Counted from the first letter of the stretch, positions 32,273 to 46,749 are shown. The stretch is 47,715 bases of DNA from Octopus bimaculoides (GCF_001194135.2 NC_068988.1:70819269-70866983); one strand, 5' to 3'. Notes: generated by a model from the letters alone, not told the origin. A program made the numbers and translations.

Positions 32273-35200
32273 AGTCACAAGTTTCTATATCTCTTTAATT
32301 CTTTGTACATTTGTTTCGAAATGTATTATTCTAATACAAAGAGTCTATACATTTAGGAATCCTTTAAGATTTGCGTATTTTCTTTTAGCTGGAAGAGTAT
32401 TAATTTTACTTTATCTCTGTATGTTGATGTTAATTTTTATATTTTCATTTCATTTGCAACTTTATGATATCTCGGTTACCTTGTGATTAGGTCCTTCGTT
32501 CGTTAATTACTTTTACTGGCAGCTTTAGTTCTTGAACTACTTAAACATTTGCCTAAATCATTGATCTATATGAGTTACATTCCACTTCTTTGCCTTTACG
32601 TCTTTATCCTTTTTATTCTTTACACTTAGTTCCTTACGGTTTTTAATCCTGCACGTTTTCAAAAACTTTATTTGGCCAATATTTCATTGGCATAATATTT
32701 CGTTAGATTTCCATTCACTTTATGATAGTTTTGAAATGGTTTTTGTCCATTTTACTTTTTATTTTGTTTTAGTAATATGTTCCTAATAGTATCAGTACAA
32801 CTTGTTTGTTTTCTGTTATTCGAGCCAAATTCTTTTGTAAAGTGAGTTTAGATACGTGTTTGCATTGATTGCTACAATTTGTAGTTCAGTATTTCACATT
32901 TACTGATTCTTAAATATCAATTTTTTTCTTTACTATTTGACGAATTTTATGCTAAATATTTTAAATTTACAAAATAATCGAGTGGCTTACTACTATTGTA
33001 GTTGTCGTTACAGCCTTGATATTCAAACCAGCCAAATCTGTTCTGATCAAACAAATATGTGACTGAGGTGTTCCTGTCAAGTAAACCTCTGTTGTAGTGT
33101 TTCTTGCTGCGTATCATCTGCATGGTAGAACTTACATTTTATAATCTTATTTCACATCTCAATTTGTAAACAATGGAGCCGTTGGTTAAATGTTTCCTGC
33201 AGTTAAATCACCAGTTTATTGCATTTCGGCTGCGAGACTGAGTCTCTAGCTTGAAGCTTTATTTGAGGAGTGTCTCTTTTTTAGTCAATGTTTCCATCTT
33301 TTGCCGGTACATATACATATGAGTATGAATGCAAGTATGCATGCATGTATGTACGTAGAGTGTGTGTGTATGTAAAACGAACGTCTTACTCATAATTGTA
33401 TACTTGTGTCAGTTCTTAATTACACAGCTATGTCATCGTTGATATACATAAGATGATTGATCGTCACAAGAGCATTGTATTGAAGTGTCTTATATGTAAT
33501 GTTTCCAATCTTCCCTGTGTATAATTATAATAGAATTATATATCGTTGTTAAGCTTGTACTTTTAGCATAATGATTCAGTTTACATACCGTGTAGGTCTT
33601 AATACGGTACAGAAAGGTAATGAAGTGAAAGAGTCACCTTGGCATATTCCTCTAATAGAAATGGTATGTTATTATAATTATTTCTTTTTCTGAATCAGCA
33701 GAGTTATTTTCTGTTTGTTTATGGCATGATTGATATACATATTTATTATTGGTGCTACCATACTGAATGTTAATATTTCCAGAATGAACAAATAGAGGAC
33801 ACTGTAAAAGCCATCAGCTAGTCAAGCTATAGCTATGTAGATACTCAGTTTCTTTTCTCTCTCTATCGTCTTCCGTTTCGACGTTGTTGATCCGCAATTG
33901 ATATTTACAACCGGAGAAGCCTTTGCGCAGTCTCTTTTGTACTTGTGGAAATTACTTATTCTATAGAAAGTTATTTATCTACTGTGATATTCCTTCATCT
34001 AAAACTTTTTTAAGCTGTTGTGAGACAGATTACACTGTGTAACATGATCTTCGTCCTTGGGTAGGAACTGTTATTTCCTATTTGCTTACCACTAGAAAGT
34101 ATGGAAAATGGCTAATATTTCTTTCAAATTTTGATTTTCTTACATTTATTCACACCCCTAAGAATCACTCTCAACACGTGGTTATGGTGCTTCCCCACTA
34201 TTCCTACTCATGATCAGGGATGCACATATTGTCAGCCATTAAGGGATATGATCAAGTGGTTAAGGCTAAGTAACTGACAAGCAAATCTGTTGTGTTAAGC
34301 AGAATATTTGTTAAAACATTATTTTTACTTCAGCAACTCAGCGCTGAATCTGCCTGAAATCTAATGAAAAATAGGTCACTTTCAAAACATTGATGTTCAG
34401 GTCAAAAAGCAAAATTTGACACTAATAGAAATCATTTCCTAAAATTCATATGCCAAAGACAAAAACAATAAACATTTTGGAACACAGTTGTAAGTGTGAA
34501 GATTTTATATCATTTCTTTACTTTTAATGATTAAGTTTGTAGGCCTCCTCCTCCCCTTGCGTGACATTTGGGTGTGTGTGTTTTTATTTCCAGCATCTCT
34601 TGTAGATAATTATATAGTTTTGCAAGCAACTCGGGTTTGCCTGTGATATATGCCAACTAGATACACTTCGTGGCACATTTTTGGTGTTCATTATGTATAG
34701 AGTTTGATTACTTATTCAGTTGATATACTCCATCCTGCATGATTGTTCAGGTTAAGTACGTTTCTATTTGGACATGTCAATCTGAGGGAATACGTAGCAG
34801 AGCCTACAATCTTGAAAATGCTTCTATTTGGTTTTCCTGTTAATAATGCAGTGATTTCTTATTTACGTGTATGTAGTTCATGACGCCATTTTGTATTAGA
34901 GGCTAACTTGTTTTCTTTAAAAAAAAAAAACAGCATTGTCGTTTTTAATTGCAGATTATCATTACTTTCGATATAACAAAAATCTCTTGCTTTAGATGTT
35001 TTCTTTTTATTACTGAGACTTGTTACTTTTTTTTTTATTATATTTCTTCTGTTCCTCGTTTATGTACACATTTAAAATATTATACACACCAGTATTTTAA
35101 TCTAAAGCTGTTTCAAGTGCGAAAATTAATTTAATTCTTGCCAGGCTAGAACCTGAATCGGCAGAAATATTATTCATACACAAATTAAAATGATTTATTC

Positions 35201-35890
35201 AGTATTGAGGTGAACTGAATCGAACAACAGATTGCTGAAGAAATATTATCAAGAAAGACTGTATTCATTAATTTGCTTCTCAAAGAACTGTTCTGCAGAC
35301 AGCCATGTTAGCAGTAGAGTAAGTCATTTACTATTCTGGTGATGACTACAGAAATCAGTACCGCAAGCAATATAGTAAACAACTGCTACTCGCACCCTGA
35401 TTAGAATTATAAAGGTTACACATCTTTAGTTTTCTTGTGCGTTCTAAGCAATTTTGTAATTTCAGCTAGAGGTATTAGCATAGATATAAGAACGTATATA
35501 TATTGCTATCTGAAAATATAAGGGATTACAGTTTTTTAGCCAGAAGAAATACAGCTTTTTTTAAAGTTACATGTCAGTACAGCCTTTCGCAGTGATTATT
35601 ATTTGAAATACGTCTTCAGATGAATAAATCAAGCATCATTTATTGTCAATTTCCGTAAAAGTATGCTTCCTTCTCCATCTTCGTGCCGCTCTATGAGGAA
35701 ATGCGCGTAACAAACAAGGTATATAACATATTTTCTCCATATGCCATATAATGGACATCACACACGATAATTTATCTCACAACAAATTGCTGCACTGTAT
35801 CGCCAGTTATATAATATCGGAATATATTTTGAACTTTCTATAACGATTATGCCACTACGTTGAACGGACAGACACAAGTGTATGTGTGTG

Positions 35891-35925
<35 letters not shown>

Positions 35926-36828
35926 TTATACTTACACATACNNNNNNNNNNNNNNNNNNNNNNNNNNNNNNNNNNNNNNNNNNNNNNNNNNNNNNNNNNN
36001 NNNNNNNNNNNNNNNNNNNNNNNNNNNNNNNNNNNNNNNNNNNNNNNNNNNNNNNNNNNNNNNNNNNNNNNNNNNNNNNNNNNNNNNNNNNNNNNNNNNN
36101 NNNNNNNNNNNNNNNNNNNNNNNNNNNNNNNNNNNNNNNNNNNNNNNNNNNNNNNNNNNNNNNNNNNNNNNNNNNNNNNNNNNNNNNNNNNNNNNNNNNN
36201 NNNNNNNNNNNNNNNNNNNNNNNNNNNNNNNNNNNNNNNNNNNNNNNNNNNNNNNNNNNNNNNNNNNNNNNNNNNNNNNNNNNNNNNNNNNNNNNNNNNN
36301 NNNNNNNNNNNNNNNNNNNNNNNNNNNNNNNNNNNNNNNNNNNNNNNNNNNNNNNNNNNNNNNNNNNNNNNNNNNNNNNNNNNNNNNNNNNNNNNNNNNN
36401 NNNNNNNNNNNNNNNNNNNNNNNNNNNNNNNNNNNNNNNNNNNNNNNNNNNNNNNNNNNNNNNNNNNNNNNNNNNNNNNNNNNNNNNNNNNNNNNNNNNN
36501 NNNNNNNNNNNNNNNNNNNNNNNNNNNNNNNNNNNNNNNNNNNNNNNNNNNNNNNNNNNNNNNNNNNNNNNNNNNNNNNNNNNNNNNNNNNNNNNNNNNN
36601 NNNNNNNNNNNNNNNNNNNNNNNNNNNNNNNNNNNNNNNNNNNNNNNNNNNNNNNNNNNNNNNNNNNNNNNNNNNNNNNNNNNNNNNNNNNNNNNNNNNN
36701 NNNNNNNNNNNNNNNNNNNNNNNNNNNNNNNNNNNNNNNNNNNNNNNNNNNNNNNNNNNNNNNNNNNNNNNNNNNNNNNNNNNNNNNNNNNNNNNNNNNN
36801 NNNNNNNNNNNNNNNNNNNNNNNNNNNN

Positions 36829-37145
36829 CATGAAATTAACGTGCAAATGGCTGAGCACTCCACAGACACGTGTGCCCTTAACGTAGTTCTCGGGGATATT
36901 CAGCGTGACACAGTGTGACAAGGCTAACCCTTTGAATTACAAGCACAACAGAAACAGGAAGTAAGAGTGAAAGAAAGTTGTGGTGAAAGAGTACAGCAGG
37001 GTTCGCCACCATCCCCTGCCAGAGCCTCGTGGAGCTTTAGGTGTTTTCGCTCAATAAACACTCACAACACCCAGTCTGGAAATCGAAACCGCGATCCTAT
37101 GACCGCGAGTCCACTGCCCTAACCACTGGGCCATTGTGCCTCCAC
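36829..37145 (-). mobile_element. tRNA-derived SINE (family C)
   Basis: Minus-strand head gtggaggcacaatggcccagtggttagggcagtggactc...gtttcgatttcc (A and B boxes). Shares an about 100-bp domain with 39680-39780. Confidence 0.8.
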
Positions 37146-37479
37146 TACAATAGTCACAATAGTCACTGCTCATTTTACAATAGTCATACAGATCTAAATT
37201 TTCACACAAGACAAAACTGGAAACTTTCTGCTTAAGTATTTCAAACTATCACTATCTCAGATTTTCAAAACGTTTTCCATACTATATGAGATTCTCAGGC
37301 TTTGTCCTTGTCACCCAATTTCATGCCAAAGTAAGTAAGGTAGGCTTTTTTCACAAAATCTGTGATTTTGTTTCACTGCCTAGATAAGGTGTAATATCCA
37401 CAAATATAGCAGAAGACATCGGGACTGTTTTTGCATTTTCTTCTCTCACAACTCTTTTCTTTCTCTTTTCTCTTTTACT

Positions 37480-38075
37480 TGTTTCAGTCATTTGACTGTG
37501 GCCGTGCTGGAGCACCGCCTTTAGTCGAGAAAATCGACCCCAGGACTTAATCTTTGGAAGCCTAGTACTTATTCTATCGGTCTCTTTGCCGAACCTCTAA
37601 GTTACAAGGACGTAAACACCACCATCGGTTGTCAAGCGATGTTGGGGGGACAAACACAAACACACAAACATATACACAAACATACATACATATACACAAA
37701 CATACATACATANNNNNNNNNNNNNNNNNNNNNNNNNNNNNNNNNNNNNNNNNNNNNNNNNNNNNNNNNNNNNNNNNNNNNNNNNNNNNNNNNNNNNNNN
37801 NNNNNNNNNNNNNNNNNNNNNNNNNNNNNNNNNNNNNNNNNNNNNNNNNNNNNNNNNNNNNNNNNNNNNNNNNNNNNNNNNNNNNNNNNNNNNNNTATAT
37901 ATACGTACATATATACGACGAGCTTCTTTCAGTTTCTTTCTACCAAATCCACTCACAAGGCTTTGGTCGGCCCGAGGCTTTAGTAGAAGACACTTGCCCA
38001 AGCTGCCACGTAGTGGGAATGAACCCGGAACCATGTGGTTGGTAAGCACGCTACTTACCACACAGCCACGCCTGT
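37480..38075 (-). mobile_element. tRNA-derived SINE (family A), full layout with internal microsatellite and gap
   Basis: Reverse complement matches the head and tail of 26310-27945. Confidence 0.9.
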
Positions 38076-39520
38076 ACCTATTTCCAAAATGAAAAAAAAA
38101 CATATTTAAGCCAGTTATCACCTGGGGAAAGCATTTTCAGAATTGTCAACATTTGTAAAATAAGCAAATGCAGATTTATGACTATAAAGTTCCATAACAA
38201 ACATACATACCATGAAGTTCCTTCTAGAGATCTTTGACTATGCTTGACAAAATGACAAAAGTGACGTTGACACACGTGACGACACAATTAAAACGTTAAG
38301 GGCACATTCAGGATACCAATTATCATAAGAAATATTTAAAGGTTCTGAAAAACATGTCTCACCTGATTTGCAATGATAGCTACACTAAATCAAGCACAGC
38401 ATGGGCATATCCGCAAATTCCACAAACATGTGACGTGTATGATATCAAGGACCACAGAAATATGTTGTTTATTAACATCTAATTGTATAAAGGTCATTTC
38501 TGTCACCGTCATGACATTCAAAACCGGTCAGACTGAAAATAATGAACGTTGCTAAAGTTTGATGCTTTTTATTTACTAAAGATGCTTAGATCATGTCTTT
38601 TGTTTTCCTTTTTGATGTTGCATTTGCTTTAAATGATACTGAAAATCTGTTTTCGAAGTTACTAATGACTTCTGGATACGCGTTATTTCGTTCTGTGACC
38701 ATAATATACTATAAAATATATTAAACGTTTATATAAATCAACACCATCTTCTACTGCGTCAGCAGTGCGCTTTTCACAAGTCATTAGTATTTAAGTACCA
38801 GCTTCCAGGAATGCGTTTAATATATAAATTGGTATATCCAATGATTTAATACTGCTAAATGCAGTCGCTGTTTAAGCAATGTGGTCGAGGATTATTAAAG
38901 GCTTAGATGGGTGTTGATAAAGAGGTAAAATCCTCGATATATGGCATATACACCCATTACCCTTTTCTCATCTTCGATTTCATTGTTTACATCTAGCGTC
39001 TCGTATACGAAACGTAACAAAAATCAGTGCTAGCTATAATTTCTATTTGTAGAGATAACCGTAACACGTATTGTTTTCGTAGTTATGTCAAGCTCCATAG
39101 ACGGGTCTGCATTTGATGAAGCCAGATCTATCCTTAGAAATAATGAAAATGCTGGAAATGTTACAAAATAGACATTGGAGTTTGGGAAAAACCTTCACAT
39201 TATTCAGCAAAATAGATCTCATTTTTTAAATCAGCATCCCAAAATTACAAGGCGACATGTCTTCAACACCAGACAAAAAAAACATGTTCCCGGGTGTTAT
39301 ACATAGGTTTGTTGTAAGAAACTTAAAAGAAGCCTATATATATAGTAGAACACACGTATACACATATTAGCTGCGAGACGACATAACGGATTAAAGGCTA
39401 TTGTCTTGTGCAAAGCGCATGTAAGCGCATTATTTTCCGGTTTCTTCGCCTGTAGTGTTTAACGTATTCTACCACTAGTATATACGTGTGTGTATGTATG
39501 TATGTGTGTTTGTATGTATG

Positions 39521-39842
39521 AAGGCATGTGGCTTAGTGGTTAGGGTATTCGGTTTACGATTACAAGATCGTGAGTTCGATTTTCGGCGATGAGTTGCCTC
39601 CTTGGGCAAGACACTTTATTTCACGTTGCTCCAGTCCACTCAGCTGGTAAAAGTCAGTAGTACCTGTATTTTAAATGGCGAGCCTTGTCACACTCTGTGT
39701 CACGGTGAATCTCCCTGAGTACTACGTTAAGGGTACACGTGTCTGTGGAGTGTTCAGCCACATGCAAGTTAATTTCACGTGCAGGCTGTTGCGTTGATCG
39801 CTTGAACTGGAACCCACGTCGTCGTAACTGGTGAAGTCCCAC
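39521..39842 (+). mobile_element. tRNA-derived SINE (family D)
   Basis: ggcatgtggcttagtggttagggtattcgg...gagttcgatt (A and B boxes), ccttgggcaagacacttt core, then the domain shared with family C. Confidence 0.85.
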
Positions 39843-40099
39843 TTGTGTATGCGTGTGTGAGAGACTGTGCACGTACATATTAAGACACAATAACAGAAAT
39901 TATTTATAAAAATAACATAGGTTTCTATGCAAAGAGGTATTTGGGGAGAATCTATACCTGAGAACGTATGAGCAATATGTAACTGTTGATAAGTTCATCT
40001 GTACGTAGTGCAATACATAGACACACATATACACATACACACATACACACATACATATACACACATACACACATACATATACACACACATATATATTCT

Positions 40100-40153
40100 T
40101 TTATTATTTTACCTGTTTCAGTCATTTGGCTGCAGCCATACTGGGGCGCCGCC

Positions 40154-40155
<2 letters not shown>
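40100..40155 (-). mobile_element. SINE family A 3' tail fragment
   Basis: tgtttcagtcatttggctgcagccatactggggcgccgcc is the reverse complement of the family A tail. Confidence 0.7.
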
Positions 40156-40221
<66 letters not shown>

Positions 40222-40274
40222 NNNNNNNNNNATATATATTATTCTTTCTTGAAACAGTGGATCTTGACGCAAAT

Positions 40275-40450
40275 AAAGCTATAATACGAAGACGTAGGCG
40301 TGGCTGAGAGTTTAAAATGTTCTTTTTACCCACAGAATTCGAATGCTAATGTGTAGCATCTTGAGCAATTTTTTTCTGCCATAGATTCGAGTCAACTGAA
40401 ATTTTGTGAATAAAACTACGTCTTAGGAAATTGCGTAGAAGCCCATCGAA
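40275..40450 (+). mobile_element. Old, degenerate SINE family A head
   Basis: taggcgtggctg...gtagcatcttgagcaa...ctgccatag...ttgtgaat...agaagcccatcg is co-linear with the family A head. Confidence 0.5.
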
Positions 40451-41420
40451 TAATCTGAGTCCGTTATCCAAAAGGCATGCTTAAATGTCAACCATTCACT
40501 CCCTAATACGGTGAACGGGAATGTTAAGTTCAGCGAACAACTGGAATAATCCCCATTGACACCGACGAAGACATTATTTATAAAGTTATATTTAGAACTA
40601 AAAACAATTGTTGCAATTTCTTTTCCAAAAGTGAAAATTTTCACTTGCAATAAACATGTGAAATTAATGTGTAAGTAGAAAATATTTTCAAAGTTTAAAC
40701 TATTTTCTCTTTACCTCTATTTCAATTATTCACAATAACTTAAGAAAGCAAAATTCTTTAAATTGAATAACACCCCATCATCACATACGATATTCTTTTA
40801 TATGTTTATGAGTTTTCAATTTCCGTTTTTGTTAATCTTCGTCTGCCATAAAAATTCAGATGAACAAAACTTTTTTAGTATTATATTTTTGAAACATTTC
40901 TTCCATTCTACTGATATAAGTTATAATGAGGTGTTAAAAACACAATATATCGAAGCGAAAAGAAAATAATATATCGTCGCTGCAGTAACTTTCAAGAATG
41001 CTAGATGTGTTTCGTTGTTCTTGAAGCTTGTCAGCACACAGATGATTATTTCAATATAATCCTGCTTGGATTGTGTACATTTTCCCCTCTACAGCTCGGT
41101 AGCTTTCATAATAATAGAGAATGTTTTATTCACAGTTTCCTACAGTTGGCAGTTGATTGCACAGCATAGACAAGCCTCAAGGAAGATGAAATACATCTGT
41201 CATTCTCACAAGCCACTACAAAGACGGTGTTCCTCTCGCTCCGATATATATTATTTTTAACGCAAATGATCTATGAAGAGATTTTATTTCAGATATATCC
41301 ACAGTATAATGTCTTTTCATGATGTGTATGCAATTGGCATAATGCACAGAAGGCGAGTGTAATTTAATACTGTTCCCAGTCGCATATACCAATTCAGTTT
41401 TAGTTTATATTTCATATAAG

Positions 41421-41470
41421 TACAGGTGTGGCCGTGTGTTAAGAAGTTTGCTTCCAGCCACCGAAAGTAC
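41421..41470 (+). mobile_element. SINE family A 5' fragment
   Basis: acaggtgtggccgtgtgttaagaagtttgcttcc. Confidence 0.55.
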
Positions 41471-44439
41471 CATGCTGTGGTATGCTTTGTAAGAGACTAA
41501 TTTTTCAAATAACGGTGGCGAATCTCCGTCTTTCGGCGACGAGGTTTTGGTGGTTCGAACAAGTGAATCGCTATTTCCTGAATTAATATATTAGTGGCTG
41601 ATAATTCTAAAGACATGTATACGATTAATGTCATTTCCAGGCTGTATCAGCGTGACTTTTGTGTGGCAAAGTTATGCTTTTTAAATTACAGGTACAGTCA
41701 ATCCGACAGAGTTCCAATCAGTTTCCTCCATCCAATTTTAGTCGCAAATCACGAGATCGGAATTTATATAAAAGGACTTGGGTTCGACCATATATTTAAG
41801 CAGACAACTGGGAAAGCTATCTAGATAATTGTTTCATCTTATGGCAGAAAATATTGACAAACTTACGAAATTTTAAAATGTGATTAATAGCATCAGCCAT
41901 AATATTAAATTCACGAAGGAATTCAACCAGAATGAACTGCCGCTTTGAAACATTTTAATTATGGAAGCAAGTGCGAAGATAAAAATGGGTGAAAACTGTT
42001 ACCCATATATTTAAAGCAGTATCTTCACTTCATATCCTGTTGTCCTAAATCTACATTTACGAACATTCCATTCAACTCAGTAGAAAGTGTTTGCATGATA
42101 GTGTCGAATCGTAATTACATGATCCTTGAACATTGAAGTGTATAGTTAATATCATCAATTCAACTTTATTGTTTAGACATATTGTTTGCAGTAGATCATT
42201 AACAATGAACTACTGAAATATTACAAATTTCATTGTTATTACTATCACCTTGTGTTAAACTATTCGATCTGGTTCAATATGTAAAAGGGAAATTAGTTAT
42301 AATTGTCATTTAGATTTCAGTTTTTCTTTCCAATACAATCGTCCGCTATCCTGGAACAATCAATCACGCTCCAATGATTTATATCATTGTATTCATTTTC
42401 GTAACTATTCAATGCATATTTTAGTAAACATTTAAACCGTTACTCCTGTAATAACGGCTTAAATGGCTGAATGGATCAAGAATTAAAATTCTGTGACAGT
42501 CATAGAATTATCATTTAATTCAAGTTAAACTAATCTACATTTTGAAAGAAGATAACGAAGTCGAAATATAGAAACTAATAAGAAGCCTAATTAAGTAATG
42601 AAAATAAAATAATAAAGTGAAACAACATAAGAAAAACAGGAAATTTTGCAGGACAATAACGACAGCAATTTTGGACACTCTTTCTGGTTGTGTTTAGTAA
42701 CTTAACTAAGTAGCTATTGTGATGCCAAAAACTTACTTAATTTCACAATTATATTATACAATTTCAAAATATTATGATAGAACTGTTGAAATATCACCGA
42801 GCTGCTAGATATAGCCGGCAGATCACATTCAAATCAAATCCTATCGTCTTAAAACGGACGTCGCATTTGTTAGTGCAGTCTAAGGTAAACAAAGATTGGA
42901 TTATTCCGGCTCGAAGGTCATTACTGATAACTTATGTCCAATCAAAGCCGATCAATAAAAATAACAACATAGACATACATTTACACATTCTCATTACAAA
43001 AAAATGAGCCTAAATAAATGAGTTTAGTCAATGCAATAAATACTTGCATATTGCAGTAATCATACAACAGGAATTCAAATCAACTAAATATAATTAGAAA
43101 TAATTTCTCTCTAAATTGTTATATTCAACAAATTATATATCATAAATTGAGCCTACCACTTTAATACTTGTCCAGGATTTGTTTCCGTCTAAATATCCTT
43201 CAAGTATTTCCCATGAGAACTGTTAAAGTTATCATTGTTGGCGAAAGTTTAAAAGATTTTGAGTTCCAAACTAAAACCTGTAGGAACTAAATCAATCGAA
43301 TTTGATAGTCTTTATATAAAAGATTATGATAGGTTTCACAGAGTTTTGTACTTTATTATTGCGTAAATCCAACTTACTTATTTCTTTTACTAATACAATT
43401 CAATATCTATCACAACCAAGGCATACAGGATTACATGAATTCGATGGAAGTTTTTGTTGTTTTTGTCTTAGGGTCAGAAACAAATACAGCAGGTAAATCA
43501 ATAAATAAGAGAAGCTTAAATATTTGTTTCGTTCGTGTAATAATGTCTATGACTCATTTACATAAGAGGTATTCGATTTTAGTTACACACAACAGCGTCT
43601 TTGCTGCTGTACGGTTTTATTGACAATATTGGTAACTTTCGATAAATTCATACTCTTCAGCAGAAATAAATTGTCAATTTTAACACGAACAAACTTTCTG
43701 GTTTCTTTAATGTTTTCATATATTATTATTGTTATTAGTTATAGTTTTAGTGTTGTCATTCTTATGTTTATTCTTGTTGCTCATTGTTGCTGCTGGACGT
43801 ATTTTAGGAGATCTGTAAGTCTGTCTTGTTCTCCTTTCTAAAGCGTTGTATTTGTTAATTTTAATGTTTAGGCAGACCAGAATAATGAGGGAGTTGTCAC
43901 TTTTCTTTTGTTACTGGTGTACAGGACAAAGTTTTGAAAAAGAGTACTTTTTTTTTTTATCGAAATAAAGTTTCTAAGACGGTTTCTACGCTTTCCTCTT
44001 CGCCACAGGCTACCAAGAGAGAGAAAAATAGACATAACTTTGACGGTGAAATGTTGTTTGAATCGAAACCTTCCACTACACCGCACCACAGTCGTTTCAA
44101 TGACCATCAGCAGTAACAACAGCACCAACATCAACAAGATTAACAACATCAACAATAGCAGCAGCAGTAACAATGTGTCAGAGTTGTAAGACCTGGCAAT
44201 GAACCGCCGCCATCGCTGACAAAATTACCGGCAGAGAGAGGAAATCATTACCATTGATACCCTTACCAAGAAACGGGGAACAGCAATAGAACCACTACCA
44301 CCTCACTAATAATCAGCAATAACAGCTGCAACAACAACAACAACAATAGTGGAACAATAGTATCATGGCAAAAGTAGCTCTTTTCCAGGGGCTGTAAAAC
44401 ATTTAATTCAGCTCCATTTAACAATAACAACCTACGTTG

Positions 44440-44740
44440 GTGTGGCTTTGAACTGGTTGGTCACCTTCTGCATTCTCCTGATTACCACCCATCTGACTAT
44501 AATCTTATAATCTGTTTCCCAACATGGAAAAATACTTGTCTGGGAACTAATATCGCAGTAACGATGACGTCATATCTGGTACTGCCACCAGCTGCTGTTG
44601 AAGTCTTCTTTGAACATGTCAGTTTACATGGAAGGACACAATACAGTTACAGATAAGATGTGTTGAAACTAATGCATACAAGATTTCACAGCTCTAGCAT
44701 CATTCCTCCATAGTCAGCCTATACAGTTTTAGCCCACACA
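44440..44740 (+). mobile_element. Mariner 3' remnant (second family)
   Basis: GFELVGHLLHSPDYHPSDYN...FPNMEKYLSG..YRSNDDVIS resembles the YSPDLAPSD region. Confidence 0.65.
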
Positions 44741-45068
44741 TATTATTAACTTCCAAACCTGGTGAAAGACGTTATGTGGTGGATTTTTAAGGTTGTCTCT
44801 ACAGATTTTCTATCGAAATTATAGCCAGCACTGTTTTCGTATCCAAGTACGTCTAATTAAAATAATGGGATCGAAGAAGGGAAAATAAGTAATGGGTGCA
44901 TATGCATATTTCAAGAGTTCTTGCTTTTTCTTCGGCACCGCATCCAACCATTCACGAACTCATTGTTCAAACAGCTACTAAAAATAGCGGTTTAACAATA
45001 TTGGATATACAAATTTTACATATCTAACACATTCCTGACGTTTGGCTGGTACATATAAATTACTGGTA

Positions 45069-45256
45069 GGGACACCGTATCTTCGTTATGCAATCATAAT
45101 ATATTACAAATCAATGTTGGCTATAGAAAATCTTCAGAGATAACCTTAAAAATGATTTAATAGCACTGCTAACACGGTAGGAAAAAGCAGTGACTTATAA
45201 AGCGTTTAATATACTTTGTAGTATATTATGATTGCATAACGAAAATACGGTACCCC
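45069..45256. mobile_element. MITE with about 42-bp TIRs and TA target duplication
   Basis: 45068-45110 matches the reverse complement of 45215-45257 (about 4 mismatches). TA-GGG...CCC-TA termini. Confidence 0.8.
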
Positions 45257-45723
45257 TAAAAGTAAATAAGTTTTGTGGTGGATGACACTAATAGAGCTGA
45301 AAACAGACACTTTCCCTTTGATGAATCTTCAATAACTTTTTCAAGTTACACTTGGAAAATAAGATAAAGTAGAAAAGGAAGGGCTGACTTCTAACTCATT
45401 TGCTTAAATGTGGATAACAAAGTCGAGTATGAACCGAGTGAAAGGGCATGCTCTGAGCACTTACCTGTAGATTGAAGTTATACAGTTTGGAGAGGGCATT
45501 TGTCTTAGTAGCCAGGGTGACAGTGGAAATTGGGGAACTTCCCCGAGTTGTTTATGGAGGAAAATTTCTTTCTTTGAATTATTTCTTTGTTTTGTTATTA
45601 CCTTTTTATACTGCTTTCATGTAATCCCGCATTATATCGCGCGATAACAGCCTCAATATTTTTTTTCAAACCTTGTGATTAATAAACAATTATATCTTCT
45701 TCATTATCTTCTTCACACTATTC

Positions 45724-45929
45724 ACGAGCAGGGAGAATCGTTAGCACGTTGGGCGAAATACTTAATGGTATGTCGTTTACCGTCATGTTCTGAGCTCAAA
45801 TTCCGCTAAAGTCGACTTTGCCTTTCGCCCTTCGGGGTCGATAATTCAAGTACCAGTGAACCACTGGGGTCGATGCAATCCATTAGCCCCCTCCCCAAAA
45901 TTTCAGGTCTTGTGCCTACAGTAAAAAGG

Positions 45930-45930
<1 letters not shown>
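45724..45930 (+). mobile_element. tRNA-derived SINE (family B) with (ATT)n tail
   Basis: gaatcgttagcacgttgggcgaaat...gtcgactttgcctttcgcccttcggggtcgat...aaaaggattattatt. Confidence 0.88.
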
Positions 45931-45960
<30 letters not shown>

Positions 45961-46749
45961 GTGTTGGAAAAAGAGGGTGCTTGTTCGTGGTTCGTAAGTT
46001 CTTTTTAAATTTGTTTTATTATTTGGTATTCAAACTTTTGTTGAACTGTACTAAATAATCGAGATCACTTTGCTGACAGCGAACTTGTTTGGATGAGATT
46101 TAGATTTCTAAAATTATTTCAAAGCAAAACCGATAACAATATGGCTTCGCAAATCGAGGAAAGTGATGCCTGTTGGAAAAGCCATTGTGACATTAATTTC
46201 TCACTACTGATTGATACTGTAGAGAGAGAAATCACAGACATCAAAATCAACAACAACACCAGAAGTAGCAGCAGTAGTGACGAGCAAGATAAAATTTTGA
46301 ATCACACAAGCCCGAATTGCACCACCTCGCCAACACTAACAACACCACTACCAATATCGTCAATAATATCATGATCTGAAGCAGGCTGAGGGAAAACGTA
46401 GGTAGTGCAAACAGCAGCTATTGCAGCTATTATTTAGATATCTTTCGAAAAATGTCTGCAGGATAAAAACTTGTCACCCGTGGAGATGCTTTGCTACAGT
46501 TGAGGTAAGAAGATTTCCAACTGAAAAGTAAGCCAAAGAAAATGCAACAACCAGCCTCAAAAGTGAGGAATTACGGTTAATTACGACAAGCCACGGTTGC
46601 ATTATACGAAACAGAGAACAAAACAAATATTTTATAAGTGCAAAAATGGGTAAGGAAAAATGGATCAGGTACGAGAATAGAATTATATACGCTGATGAGT
46701 TCAGTATCAAAGACAACCCTCATCTGATCATCCTCACTAATGGCACACA

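Noticed and set aside
44019-44190. Acceptor-like CCACAG followed by N/S-rich open frame
   Set aside because: Low-complexity CAA/CAG repeats explain the open frame, and no recognisable domain is present.
46093-46374. 93-aa ORF with S/T-rich tail
   Set aside because: No domain, low complexity, and no clear splice signals.
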